From IMG/VR virus record IMGVR_UViG_3300046534_001004: a stretch of 64,000 nucleotides of DNA; one strand, 5' to 3'. Position numbers and translations under genes: made by a program. Source of the DNA: an uncultured virus (IMG/VR IMGVR_UViG_3300046534_001004). Taxonomy: Duplodnaviria > Heunggongvirae > Uroviricota > Caudoviricetes. Of this stretch, positions 1 through 8,077 are shown piece by piece. How positions within the stretch are numbered: position 1 is the stretch's first letter; the number at the start of each line of letters is the position of its first letter. Under the pieces are notes generated by a model. The model was not told where the DNA came from and did no database searches. It worked only from the letters and a program-made list of their open reading frames with translations.

Positions 1-126
1 TCCAGCTCTGGGTACGCGAGAGCCTGTACCAAAAATACCACACCCTGCCCGTTGGTGGGGGCGGGTTGCATAAATGCCACAAAAGGGCAAGGCTTGCGCC
101 CTGCCCCTTGTGCCTTGCCCGTTGCC

Positions 127-525
127 TTACTTGCTAGGTGCCACCAACCAGCTTTGCGCCACGTTGCTAGCCCACGTGGGCATATTGTGCGCGGCCCAAC
201 CACCGCGCGGGGGTGCTATGCTGCTAGCCGCTGCACCCGCTACCAGCGCGGCGCGGTATGCTGCCAAGGTAAAGCCCTTGGGGTGCGCAGTGGTAAGCGT
301 ACGGGCAACGGCCTGTGCATAGCTGCGGTGTGTGCCACCGCGCACAGGTGGCATTGTGCCAGCTACAAAAAGCGGTGCCTGTGGCGCTGCCGCTTGTGCC
401 GCCTTAGTACCTGTGGCGGCTTTGGTGGTTGCAACTGTGGCGCTGCCCGTTGCTGCCGTTGCTTTTGGTGCGGTGCGCTTTGCTACGGTTGCTTTTGGTG
501 CGGTGTTTGTTTTGTTGGTAGCCAT
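127..525 (-). CDS. Small basic Ala/Thr/Lys-rich protein with no Asp or Glu; histone-H1-like TAPKA repeats at the N-terminus
   Basis: 132-aa ORF with ATG start and AAAGGGG RBS-like leader; lies wholly inside the GA/TC-free segment. Confidence 0.75.
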   Translation of the reverse strand: MATNKTNTAPKATVAKRTAPKATAATGSATVATTKAATGTKAAQAAAPQAPLFVAGTMPPVRGGTHRSYAQAVARTLTTAHPKGFTLAAYRAALVAGAAASSIAPPRGGWAAHNMPTWASNVAQSWLVAPSK

Positions 526-637
526 TGTTAAACCCCTTTAAGGTTTGGCGGGCAGTTGCGCCCTAGGCCGTGTGCGTTATTGCTTGGCCTTGCATACACC
601 TTACATATGCGGCCCGCATAAGCCAAGTAAAAACGGA

Positions 638-718
638 GCAACATTATTGCGTTGTTTACCCTGTTGGCGCAACATTAATACGCGCAACATTGTTACCCGT
701 TTGCGCAACATTATTGCG
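638..718. repeat. Four direct repeats of GCAACATT(A/G)(T/A)T upstream of the 127..525 gene
   Basis: Copies at 638, 669, 684 and 705. Confidence 0.85.
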
Positions 719-872
719 GGACCGTGTGGAGACCGAGACCGAGAGAAAGAGAGACGGTTGGAGAGATGGAGATTCCGATGGACGGACTCGGCGAAAACGA
801 CGGACTCGCCGAAAAGAGGAGGAGGATGAAGAATGTATAAGAAGAAAAAGAAGAAGAAATCTAAATAGAGAC

Positions 873-897
873 GCCGAATCAGACTAGCTGACTCGGC
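873..897 (-). terminator. Repeated hairpin CCGAGTCAG-CTAGT-CTGATTCGG followed on the minus strand by a long TC-rich tract (copy 1)
   Basis: Pairs with a G-U on the minus strand; same hairpin at 1305-1327, degenerate copy at 1947-1969; each follows a minus-strand stop codon. Confidence 0.55.
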
Positions 898-911
898 GAA
901 AATCTTTCGTA

Positions 912-1148
912 TTAGGTGCCGTGTTGCACACAGATTTCTGTAAAGAGATCTGGCTCTCCACAAATGCCGCTGAGCACGTCTTCGTAAATGCCAAGCGCAT
1001 CTTTTTCACTCATGGTCCACCGGTCCCAGTCAGTCATGGCCCCTTCGTTAAAGTACCAAGTGATATCGAAGGTTCCTTCTTCATTCTTGGCAACTTCTAT
1101 AACGTCTTTCCCGTGGTTTGGCACTGGGCTTGTTTTGATAATCTGCAT
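912..1148 (-). CDS. Hypothetical early protein
   Basis: GGAG RBS; downstream of promoter/operator site at 1207-1223. Confidence 0.7.
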   Translation of the reverse strand: MQIIKTSPVPNHGKDVIEVAKNEEGTFDITWYFNEGAMTDWDRWTMSEKDALGIYEDVLSGICGEPDLFTEICVQHGT

Positions 1149-1206
1149 TTTATTTCTCCAAGTTGTGTGGTAGCTATACCCTACATTAACTTAAAGACAA
1201 CGCTGT

Positions 1207-1223
1207 GACAACATCTGCTTGTC
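1207..1223 (-). promoter_or_regulatory. Palindromic site GACAA-N7-TTGTC overlapping the -35 of a sigma70-like promoter
   Basis: Minus strand GACAAGCAGATGTTGTC; TTGTCA-17-TAATGT. Confidence 0.7.
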
Positions 1224-1304
1224 TTGGGCTTACGACTGATCTCAGAGATCTCAAATGGCAGGTAGGAAGAGGAGGATGAAGATGAAGACATCCTTATTTC
1301 GACA

Positions 1305-1327
1305 CCGAATCAGACTAGCTGACTCGG
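1305..1327 (-). terminator. Repeated hairpin plus TC-rich tract (copy 2)
   Basis: Same sequence as 874-896. Confidence 0.55.
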
Positions 1328-1340
1328 CGAAATTTGAAGA

Positions 1341-1568
1341 TCAGCTCGCTGTATCTCGGGCGCTGAGAAGCCCAGCAAAGAGGATGACCGCTTCTTCTAC
1401 GGTCTGCATATGTTCGTTGAGTTGGATTTTCTCACCATTGACGGATTGGATCTTGACATATCCATCTTCTACGTCTAAGACATAGTCTGGGGCGTAATCT
1501 TTCATGTCTGCCTTTGGTTTCACCAGCGCCACGTTTGTAGTAGAATCGTACCATGCGAAGAATGTCAT
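1341..1568 (-). CDS. Hypothetical early protein
   Basis: Preceded by AAAGGCTACC leader and promoter site at 1631-1647. Confidence 0.7.
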   Translation of the reverse strand: MTFFAWYDSTTNVALVKPKADMKDYAPDYVLDVEDGYVKIQSVNGEKIQLNEHMQTVEEAVILFAGLLSARDTAS

Positions 1569-1630
1569 TTGGTAGCCTTTCGGTTTGGGTTAACGGGTTA
1601 TGCCCCACCATGCCACGCACGGTAGGGTGT

Positions 1631-1647
1631 GACTAACTCTATTTGTC
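1631..1647 (-). promoter_or_regulatory. GAYAA-N7-T(T/G/A)GTC operator/promoter site
   Basis: Minus strand GACAAATAGAGTTAGTC; TAGTCA-17-CATGGT. Confidence 0.65.
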
Positions 1648-1755
1648 TGCTAGGATACGGATCATCCATCTGTAAAAACCAACTCGTTCTTTCAAGGAAA
1701 CAGATTTCCCTTGGGCAAGCACAAAGTTTCTTGTGGCAAAATCAATTCTAGGCAT
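1639..1755 (-). CDS. 38-aa small protein (MPRIDFATRNFVLAQGKSVSLKERVGFYRWMIRILADK), not in the ORF track
   Basis: GGAG RBS, leader shared with gene 912..1148, own promoter site at 1815-1831. Confidence 0.55.
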   Translation of the reverse strand: MPRIDFATRNFVLAQGKSVSLKERVGFYRWMIRILADK

Positions 1756-1814
1756 GTTGGTATCTCCAAGTTGTGTGGTAGCTATGCTTTACCATGCAAC
1801 AGGCAGTGCGTTGT

Positions 1815-1831
1815 GACCAGTTCTATTTGTC
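1815..1831 (-). promoter_or_regulatory. GAYAA-N7-T(T/G)GTC operator/promoter site
   Basis: Minus strand GACAAATAGAACTGGTC; TGGTCA-17-CATGGT. Confidence 0.65.
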
Positions 1832-1975
1832 TGGGTCATACGACGATCTACGAGATCTCAATGATCTTATGGAAGATGAGGAAGATGAGGAAGATGACGA
1901 TGAAGACATGGAGATCGAGGAGGATGAGGACATACTCCTGCAGACACCGAATCCGACAGACCCACTCGGCGAAAA

Positions 1976-2644
1976 TTAATCTTCGCTGTCTTCATCGGGA
2001 AGCCCAAGAGGAGCAGGAGTTATGTCTGTCGCCGCTCCAAATCTTGTCTCCCAGTCATCGATGCTCGCTGTTTCAGCTGGAGCAACTAGAACTCCACCAG
2101 TGTGGCTCACCGCGATCTCTTGTTTGTCACGGTATCCCTTGTCGTGCTTCTTGAGTTCCAGTTCGATGAGGCGGATAGGATAGATCGTCTCTTTGCCGAC
2201 CAGTCCACCGTTCCTGTCGTACGTCTCTTTAATCGTACCATTGAAGAGGAGGTTCTGGTGATGCCCAATCAGTTTGTCTTTATACTCTTCTTCCTGCATG
2301 TAGAAAGCCTCGGCGAATTCTTCATCTTCTTCCATGTGTCGGCGAACTGTGAGAGTCGATACTCCGGCGGCTGCTGCGCTCTCTCCCATCCGTCCCCATT
2401 TCGCATACTCTAGCAAGAACACTTCTTTCGCCTTCTCATCAAACTTGGTGCGGGACATACGGATCGCTGTTCGCCACTCGCCTGTGACTTGATCTTGAAC
2501 GTCGTACTTGACGACCTTGGATCCTCGGCTGACGAGGGAGCGTGGGCGACGTCTCATCGCAAAGCTCTCGTCGTACTTCTGAGCGTAGTCTGTTTCGTCG
2601 TTGTCTTGATTATCATTGTTCATCTTGTTCATCTTGTTCCTCAC
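1976..2644 (-). CDS. Probable terminase small subunit
   Basis: HTH-like KEVFLLEYAKWGRMGESAAAAGVSTLTVRRH and C-terminal LELKKHDKGYRDKQEIAVSHTGG typical of TerS-like proteins. Confidence 0.6.
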   Translation of the reverse strand: MRNKMNKMNNDNQDNDETDYAQKYDESFAMRRRPRSLVSRGSKVVKYDVQDQVTGEWRTAIRMSRTKFDEKAKEVFLLEYAKWGRMGESAAAAGVSTLTVRRHMEEDEEFAEAFYMQEEEYKDKLIGHHQNLLFNGTIKETYDRNGGLVGKETIYPIRLIELELKKHDKGYRDKQEIAVSHTGGVLVAPAETASIDDWETRFGAATDITPAPLGLPDEDSED

Positions 2645-2729
2645 CAGCCTGCGTACGAGAAAAGATCATGAAGATCTCCCACTTAATTTATAGCTCCCCA
2701 ACCCAAGAAGAGCAAGCACAAACCTCTCA

Positions 2730-2830
2730 GTAGAGTCAAGTAGAGTCAGCCCCGTCCTCCTCACTAACCTCCAAGCTGTTGTTTTTATTAGTATAATCTA
2801 TATTTTTTATATATATAATAATATAATAAT
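2730..2830. other. AT-rich intergenic element with tandem GTAGAGTCA repeats (candidate origin or packaging site)
   Basis: GTAGAGTCAAGTAGAGTCAG at 2730-2749, near-pure A/T run ~2780-2830; related element at 36561-36680. Confidence 0.4.
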
Positions 2831-3017
2831 AGGTACTCCCCTAACTTCCTAGCAAGCTACAGCCGCCGCAGCCCACGGCTTCCTTTTGGGCTCACCCCCT
2901 CTATTATGCGTTAAGACGTTAATCTGGCTTTTTAAGTGTTGCATAACAGACCCTTAACTTATATCGTTTAACACAAGGCAACTCGCCTGACTCCCCTAAC
3001 TACAAAGGACTATTTAT

Positions 3018-3638
3018 ATGGAACGTTTTCACATCTGGAAGCACCAGCCAATAAGAGACAAAGCAAATCAATTTCAATATCGTACTTGGCCCAAAGAAGG
3101 TAGATACATAGTCAGTGCCGTGCCGAACGTTATAGTTCAAACGGGATTATATCGATATTCTTTCACATCAGACTGGTCACCGATGGTTGGAGTAGCTGAT
3201 CTGCATGATTGTTTGTTTGGAGATATTTTCGAGATTTCTAAACGTCATGTCGGAGGCACCATTATAAGATCAGTAGGTTACAATGCTAGAAAGTTGAAAG
3301 GTGCGTTAAAAGACGGGACTAAGGCTGTGCAGACTTATTGCATTACGAACCCTGAAGACCTAAGATATGGACTGGAATGGATGATCTGCGCATGGCTACC
3401 TACATTTTTAAGAGCCACTGTCGCGCAAGAAGAGTTACCTGTTGGGCCTGAAGGATATGCTGAAGAACTAGAGATGATGGTTAATCTTAGCCACGAAGAA
3501 TGGTATGAGAATTTTGTGGAACCCTTGCTCTTGGGCAAAGTAAAGTTGAAAGAACCAGCTTGGGATAAAGTTGATTACCCAAAAGAAGGAATGGGACGAT
3601 CGGTTCCGAAATCACGTTTGCCGAAAGATCTGTCATGA
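3018..3638 (+). CDS. Hypothetical protein; the only substantial plus-strand gene
   Basis: 206 aa, AAAGGA RBS, no overlapping minus-strand gene. Confidence 0.75.
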   Translation: MERFHIWKHQPIRDKANQFQYRTWPKEGRYIVSAVPNVIVQTGLYRYSFTSDWSPMVGVADLHDCLFGDIFEISKRHVGGTIIRSVGYNARKLKGALKDGTKAVQTYCITNPEDLRYGLEWMICAWLPTFLRATVAQEELPVGPEGYAEELEMMVNLSHEEWYENFVEPLLLGKVKLKEPAWDKVDYPKEGMGRSVPKSRLPKDLS

Positions 3639-3770
3639 ATAAAGATCGTAAATCATTGGAACTCGCTGTGGATGCTTTGAATCGTGAGTTGGCGAAATGG
3701 AATCAGCCTCCAACTGTGACTGTTGGTATAGATAAAGAAAGTGGAATACCAAGAGTTTTCGCTTCTAGAT

Positions 3771-3986
3771 TTATTCCACCAGAACCTGAAACTGATGGTC
3801 CTTTCTAACCCTCGGCCTTAAAGGATTAGACCTCTCCTCCGTTATGTGACAATGGAAACTCCACCCTTCCGATACATCGTACTCTGCTATCTTAGCGCCA
3901 CATTCATAGGCGCTGGGGTAGTATCCCAAAGGAACAGCGTAATCACTTTGAGGAAAGAGCGCATAGAGGAGAGTCCAGAACTTCAT
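3771..3986 (-). CDS. Hypothetical protein
   Basis: ATGA overlap with upstream gene. Confidence 0.55.
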   Translation of the reverse strand: MKFWTLLYALFPQSDYAVPLGYYPSAYECGAKIAEYDVSEGWSFHCHITEERSNPLRPRVRKDHQFQVLVE

Positions 3987-4327
3987 TCTATCGGACCCAC
4001 AAGTTCAGCCCAATGAGTAGGTTCTTGCGTGGGGCGAGAAGCCCACCATTTGCCATGTCCTGATTGCCCCTCACCAGGACGCTCGTTGATTTTGAAAACA
4101 GGGTTTTTCTTTTTATCTCCTGGCCAATATGTTTGAACAGATTTGTTATAAGGTGGCATTTCGTCAGCACACTTAATCCAATTGTCTTCTACAATCTCGA
4201 CATCACAGATAGCCTGTGTGTATCCACTGATATAACTAGTCGGACTACCAGATTCAATCACCAGTCTGTTCACGAGAAGCAGTTTCAACCGCTCTTTCAG
4301 TTTTTCTGACAGTTTCAATTCAGACAT
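3983..4327 (-). CDS. DUF551-like phage protein
   Basis: WIKCADEMPP...PTHWAEL motif. Confidence 0.6.
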   Translation of the reverse strand: MSELKLSEKLKERLKLLLVNRLVIESGSPTSYISGYTQAICDVEIVEDNWIKCADEMPPYNKSVQTYWPGDKKKNPVFKINERPGEGQSGHGKWWASRPTQEPTHWAELVGPIE

Positions 4328-4568
4328 CCAACACCGCCTTCAACTTCACGCGCAACAATTGATCTTTATGCAGCGCTTCCGCTTGGGTCATATACAAAGG
4401 AGCGGGTTTGAAATCACCTGTTTTAGCCAATCGCCGCTCAGTAAGAAAAGCAGCCTGTTGCAGAATACGAGCCAGAGAAAGCGTCTTGGCCTGAGCATTC
4501 AGTAACGAAGCTTCGTACCGAGCTTTTTCACGCGGTGACAGACTTGCGTTTAATACAATTTTGATCAT
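4320..4568 (-). CDS. Hypothetical protein
   Basis: Tightly packed in operon. Confidence 0.55.
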   Translation of the reverse strand: MIKIVLNASLSPREKARYEASLLNAQAKTLSLARILQQAAFLTERRLAKTGDFKPAPLYMTQAEALHKDQLLRVKLKAVLDV

Positions 4569-4837
4569 CAGTCTTCCTTTATTTTAATGAAACGAGGTTT
4601 TCCATCTTCATACTTGCCGTTGAAATTTGTCAAAGTGCGAACAAATAAGGTGGGTGTTCCAGAACGATTGTGAAGTACAGACCATTCATCGGTATCACCA
4701 AACCACACTAACTCAGAAACTACGAATAGTCTTTGTGTTTTGGTATGCATGAAAGTACGACCAATCATGCTTTCTAGATTGTCGCTAGCTCGCACCTTTT
4801 TACTGTCTAATTGGCTTTTACGGAAGTTATCTTGCAT
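4568..4837 (-). CDS. Hypothetical protein, DUF1653-like
   Basis: HTKTQRLFVV...LFVRTLTNF...RF pattern. Confidence 0.5.
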   Translation of the reverse strand: MQDNFRKSQLDSKKVRASDNLESMIGRTFMHTKTQRLFVVSELVWFGDTDEWSVLHNRSGTPTLFVRTLTNFNGKYEDGKPRFIKIKED

Positions 4838-4899
4838 TGTTAGGACCTTTCTGGTTAGGTTTAAGGTAGGGCAGGGCGTGCCACGGTAAGCAGCGCGTC

Positions 4900-5136
4900 C
4901 TAAGAGCCGTCTGAGGCGTCCCCGTTTAGCTCAGCAGTTATTTTGTGCACCAAACCAGTGCAAAACATGCGCAGATCTTCCCGCTCGCGCAGTAACTTTT
5001 CATTTCGAACAACCAACTCATCAATATACCGGATTGCTGCTGTGAGAATATCACTTGGTTCTAATATCCCAGTAATGACGAACTCACCATCTCGGATTTT
5101 AGCCAGACCTGCACAGATTATATTATTTTTCTCCAT
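4900..5136 (-). CDS. Hypothetical protein
   Basis: Operon packing with GAGG RBS. Confidence 0.55.
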   Translation of the reverse strand: MEKNNIICAGLAKIRDGEFVITGILEPSDILTAAIRYIDELVVRNEKLLREREDLRMFCTGLVHKITAELNGDASDGS

Positions 5137-5372
5137 CAGCTCTTCCTCTCAACAAACGCCAGCACGTCACCGCGACGAACCTTGCCAAGATATTGAAACT
5201 TCTTGCGAGAAGGCCAGTAATCCAGCTTTTTACCGGCGACGATACGTGACCAATGAAACTCGGTATGTTTTTCCCAGCCTCCATCATCGTTCTCGATCGC
5301 ATCGTTCAAGAACCTTATACAATCAGCTTTGAACTTGCCTTTCGTGTACACTTTGATATCATCGAATTCCAT
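5136..5372 (-). CDS. Hypothetical protein (start moved to MEFDDIK)
   Basis: GGAG RBS upstream of 5372. Confidence 0.6.
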   Translation of the reverse strand: MEFDDIKVYTKGKFKADCIRFLNDAIENDDGGWEKHTEFHWSRIVAGKKLDYWPSRKKFQYLGKVRRGDVLAFVERKS

Positions 5373-5691
5373 TAACTTCTCCTTCCAATCTAAGACACAG
5401 AAACAGAACTTCTGCATCAGTTGAGTAAGCAACAGCCGGACCCAAGTGGATACGCTCTGCATCTGCTGCACCTATTTTCATGTTCAAGCTTTCACTACGA
5501 CCATAAACTGATTTGTACTCTGGGTCGTAGAAACCAGCATTAACCACAGTCCAAAATTCAGTCGGTGTTTGGCTGCGATACTCACGGCAGATACCATGAG
5601 CAACAACACTGTGAACCAACTTTTCATGGAAGAGAACAGGATGCTTCCCTTTCATCTCATCTTCAAGCATTACATATTTCATACGTTCCAA
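5359..5691 (-). CDS. Hypothetical protein
   Basis: Operon packing. Confidence 0.55.
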   Translation of the reverse strand: MERMKYVMLEDEMKGKHPVLFHEKLVHSVVAHGICREYRSQTPTEFWTVVNAGFYDPEYKSVYGRSESLNMKIGAADAERIHLGPAVAYSTDAEVLFLCLRLEGEVNGIR

Positions 5692-5945
5692 CTTTCAATT
5701 ACGATTGGTTTCTGACCTTCTGCAATTATCAACTCGTGCATCAACTCTGCACAAATATAAGACATAGCTGCTGATTGCTCTTTGAAAGTTGGAACCTCTT
5801 GGCTTCTTTCTTCCACGGATCTCTCATCTAGCACGATCCATTTTCCGGGACCTCCACGAAGACGGAACAGTCTTCCTTCCTCACTTCTACCTATATCCCA
5901 ATGACCGGTGTTCCGGTAACGAACTGTGAATCCCATACTACGCAT
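5679..5945 (-). CDS. Hypothetical protein
   Basis: Stop/start overlap, GAGG RBS. Confidence 0.6.
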   Translation of the reverse strand: MRSMGFTVRYRNTGHWDIGRSEEGRLFRLRGGPGKWIVLDERSVEERSQEVPTFKEQSAAMSYICAELMHELIIAEGQKPIVIESWNV

Positions 5946-6316
5946 TAATCCACCTCATGAGGAAAGCGTTCAGTATCAACATCACCAGTACTCACCAACG
6001 TAGTCCACGAAGCGTAAGCCCGAACGTCAGCCAATGAGATCTTAGCACTAAACCAATCAACATGATCTGACCCAAGGAACAGACCCATCCCAACGAAAGC
6101 CATTCCGTTCAGCTTCCAGACAGGGCGTCCAGGCTTGAGAGCTCCCTCTTCATCCACCAGCATGTTGTCGCCGTTGGGCAAAATCAAACCAACCTGCACG
6201 ATACTAACCTCGTGGGCCAACCACGTCATCGTTTTGTAGACTGTGTTGATGTCACCTTTCTTGATGATCACATCTTCAATAGTCTTCATGTACGGATTAA
6301 CTAAGATACCTCTCAT
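5945..6316 (-). CDS. DUF3846-like phage protein
   Basis: MRGILVNP...MLVDEEGALK...FVGMGLFLG pattern. Confidence 0.55.
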   Translation of the reverse strand: MRGILVNPYMKTIEDVIIKKGDINTVYKTMTWLAHEVSIVQVGLILPNGDNMLVDEEGALKPGRPVWKLNGMAFVGMGLFLGSDHVDWFSAKISLADVRAYASWTTLVSTGDVDTERFPHEVD

Positions 6317-6648
6317 GATGTTCTCTCCAATCTATTCATATCGCCGTTGTTCATGTATTCGCAAGCAATAACAGCAGCGCGATCTGCCAAAGCTACGATC
6401 TGATCTGGTGTTAAATCAGTGCAAGAAATAGAGTAGGTTCCACGGCGGTGAAACCAGCAAGTCGCTTGGCAATGAATTACATCATTGACTTTCCAAACGA
6501 TGAACCAGTTAGTTCCGTCTTGGGCTGAAGGTGAGTCAAAAAACACATCTCCATCAATAGCCCACATAACTTTGTTCTTTTCAGCATCATAAGCGCCTAA
6601 CAACTGTGGAGTTTCTGTTGCTGAAGTCGGTAGCCTGTCAATATTCAT
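6313..6648 (-). CDS. Hypothetical early protein
   Basis: AAAGGCTACC leader; promoter site at 6703-6719. Confidence 0.65.
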   Translation of the reverse strand: MNIDRLPTSATETPQLLGAYDAEKNKVMWAIDGDVFFDSPSAQDGTNWFIVWKVNDVIHCQATCWFHRRGTYSISCTDLTPDQIVALADRAAVIACEYMNNGDMNRLERTS

Positions 6649-6702
6649 GTCGGTAGCCTTTTTGTTAACCGTACTCAGAGTATAGTATAACTGGTAGGGC
6701 GA

Positions 6703-6719
6703 GACAAACTCTATTTATC
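6703..6719 (-). promoter_or_regulatory. GAYAA-N7-TTGTC operator/promoter site
   Basis: Minus strand GATAAATAGAGTTTGTC; TTGTCT-17-TATACT. Confidence 0.75.
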
Positions 6720-6731
6720 CCGCCCAGATAG

Positions 6732-7205
6732 TTAGCTGGCGAGACTCACTGGACTCATTCCATACATTTTGGCAAAGTCTTCTTCTTTCTTCTGAATACG
6801 ACTCATCATCACAAGATCGATTGCTTCGCTTTTGCCATGCTGACGACCAGTCAAGACGCGATTTTCAATATTAGACCAATCCATAGTAACCCATCGAGTT
6901 TCAAGTTTAGCACTCACAGCATTATCTGGAACACCACCCTTGAAAAGATCAGCTAGTACCATCGGCTCCATCTTATCGAAATCAGCCATCAAGTTCGTGA
7001 TCTTTTTGTACCGATGTTTGAAATTGCGTTTCGCCGACTTCAGTTCATTCCGATGGCGAATCTTGATCGCCTCGTAAGATTCGGTTCGCTCAACTTCCAG
7101 CCTTGCCATTGCCATGTCGGCTTGATCTACCAATGCATCTTTGATCACGTCGTTGTAACTCGTGAGCAAAGCCAGTCCATTTTTAGCATCTGGTTTATAA
7201 GTCAT
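6732..7205 (-). CDS. Hypothetical coiled-coil protein with short PolA-like motifs at the C-terminus
   Basis: GGAG RBS; contains DWSNIENRVL and FAKMYGMS. Confidence 0.6.
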   Translation of the reverse strand: MTYKPDAKNGLALLTSYNDVIKDALVDQADMAMARLEVERTESYEAIKIRHRNELKSAKRNFKHRYKKITNLMADFDKMEPMVLADLFKGGVPDNAVSAKLETRWVTMDWSNIENRVLTGRQHGKSEAIDLVMMSRIQKKEEDFAKMYGMSPVSLAS

Positions 7206-7459
7206 TTCTTTCTGTCTCCTGGGTTGCGAAATCTATCCATGATTCCTTCTTCGTGTTGATCTTTCAATCGTTTCATTTCCAATTGCAAATCAAGTTGATC
7301 ATCAATTAGTTGGTGGATTTCGGTGCGAAGCTCTTCTTGCTTTTTAGGATCTTCAGATTGGATCGCCACAGCAAACCCATCAAGGGCAAGTTTCGTACGA
7401 TCTGATATCAATGAAGTCAGTTTGATTTTTTTGTAAAGAGCTTCTAAGTGCGGGGCCAT
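7202..7459 (-). CDS. Hypothetical protein
   Basis: AAGGA RBS. Confidence 0.6.
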   Translation of the reverse strand: MAPHLEALYKKIKLTSLISDRTKLALDGFAVAIQSEDPKKQEELRTEIHQLIDDQLDLQLEMKRLKDQHEEGIMDRFRNPGDRKK

Positions 7460-7762
7460 GTTATTTCCTTGCGGTAGCTGCTGTTAAAATTGGTAGGGGG
7501 ACGCAAAAACGCCCCGCCAGACTGTCACCTTGCCGCTGCCGTAGGCTACCACACCAGCCAGCGGCAAGGGACGTCCCAGACCGCTAGTATGCGGTCCGCA
7601 CTAACCGCGTCTCATAACCCATAGGGCATGGTCGCGGCTGTTTCGTAGGCGATAACGTAAAACAATCCACTGTTTTCCAGATCACTGTTTTACCGTTTCG
7701 CAAATACTTCCTCTGTACTTCTCCAGAGGTGAGCAGTCTAACCGTTTTGGTACGGTTATGTC

Positions 7763-8005
7763 TCAAATCATCGCCGCCAAATCAAGGCAAGAGCGAACAG
7801 TACCCGTACCACATTCACTACACCAGTTAGCCCGAGCGTCAGGCTCACATTCTTGGGTTCCTTTGCAAGAAATACAAATCCCAGGAACAACACTGTCATG
7901 AACGTTTTCTTCTATCATTTCAAGTGGATCGCTGTGCCCCTCAGATGAAGCAAGCTCTTGCAACAAATTATAATCTGTATCTGGTATTCCAAATTCGTTT
8001 AGCAT
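7763..8005 (-). CDS. Small Zn-ribbon protein (start moved to MLNEFG)
   Basis: AAGGAGGCTACC-ATG leader; CxxC...CxxC motifs. Confidence 0.7.
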   Translation of the reverse strand: MLNEFGIPDTDYNLLQELASSEGHSDPLEMIEENVHDSVVPGICISCKGTQECEPDARANWCSECGTGTVRSCLDLAAMI

Positions 8006-8056
8006 GGTAGCCTCCTTGTTTAACCTGTAACCACTATGCCCTAAAGACACAGCTAC

Positions 8057-8073
8057 GACCAACTCTATTTATC
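8057..8073 (-). promoter_or_regulatory. GAYAA-N7-TGGTC operator/promoter site
   Basis: Minus strand GATAAATAGAGTTGGTC; TGGTCG-17-CATAGT. Confidence 0.7.
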
Positions 8074-8077
8074 TGGT

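Noticed and set aside
21..720. GA avoidance due to 7-deazaguanine modification
   Set aside because: No DpdA, FolE or QueC/D/E-like genes were recognised; the visible pathway acts on thymine
52..887. Plus-strand ORFs 52..531, 74..322, 332..541, 545..829, 570..887
   Set aside because: Shadow frames; absence of GA removes TGA stops and lengthens spurious ORFs, and only 127..525 (-) has a credible RBS and composition
638..1975. CRISPR array or mini-array
   Set aside because: Repeats are short or irregularly spaced, separated by genes rather than uniform spacers, and no cas genes are present
1794..1979. Very acidic 61-aa plus-strand ORF as a DNA-mimic (Ocr-like) protein
   Set aside because: It is the translation of a GA-rich tract that recurs elsewhere without a conserved frame, overlaps a minus-strand promoter and lacks a clear RBS; not fully excluded
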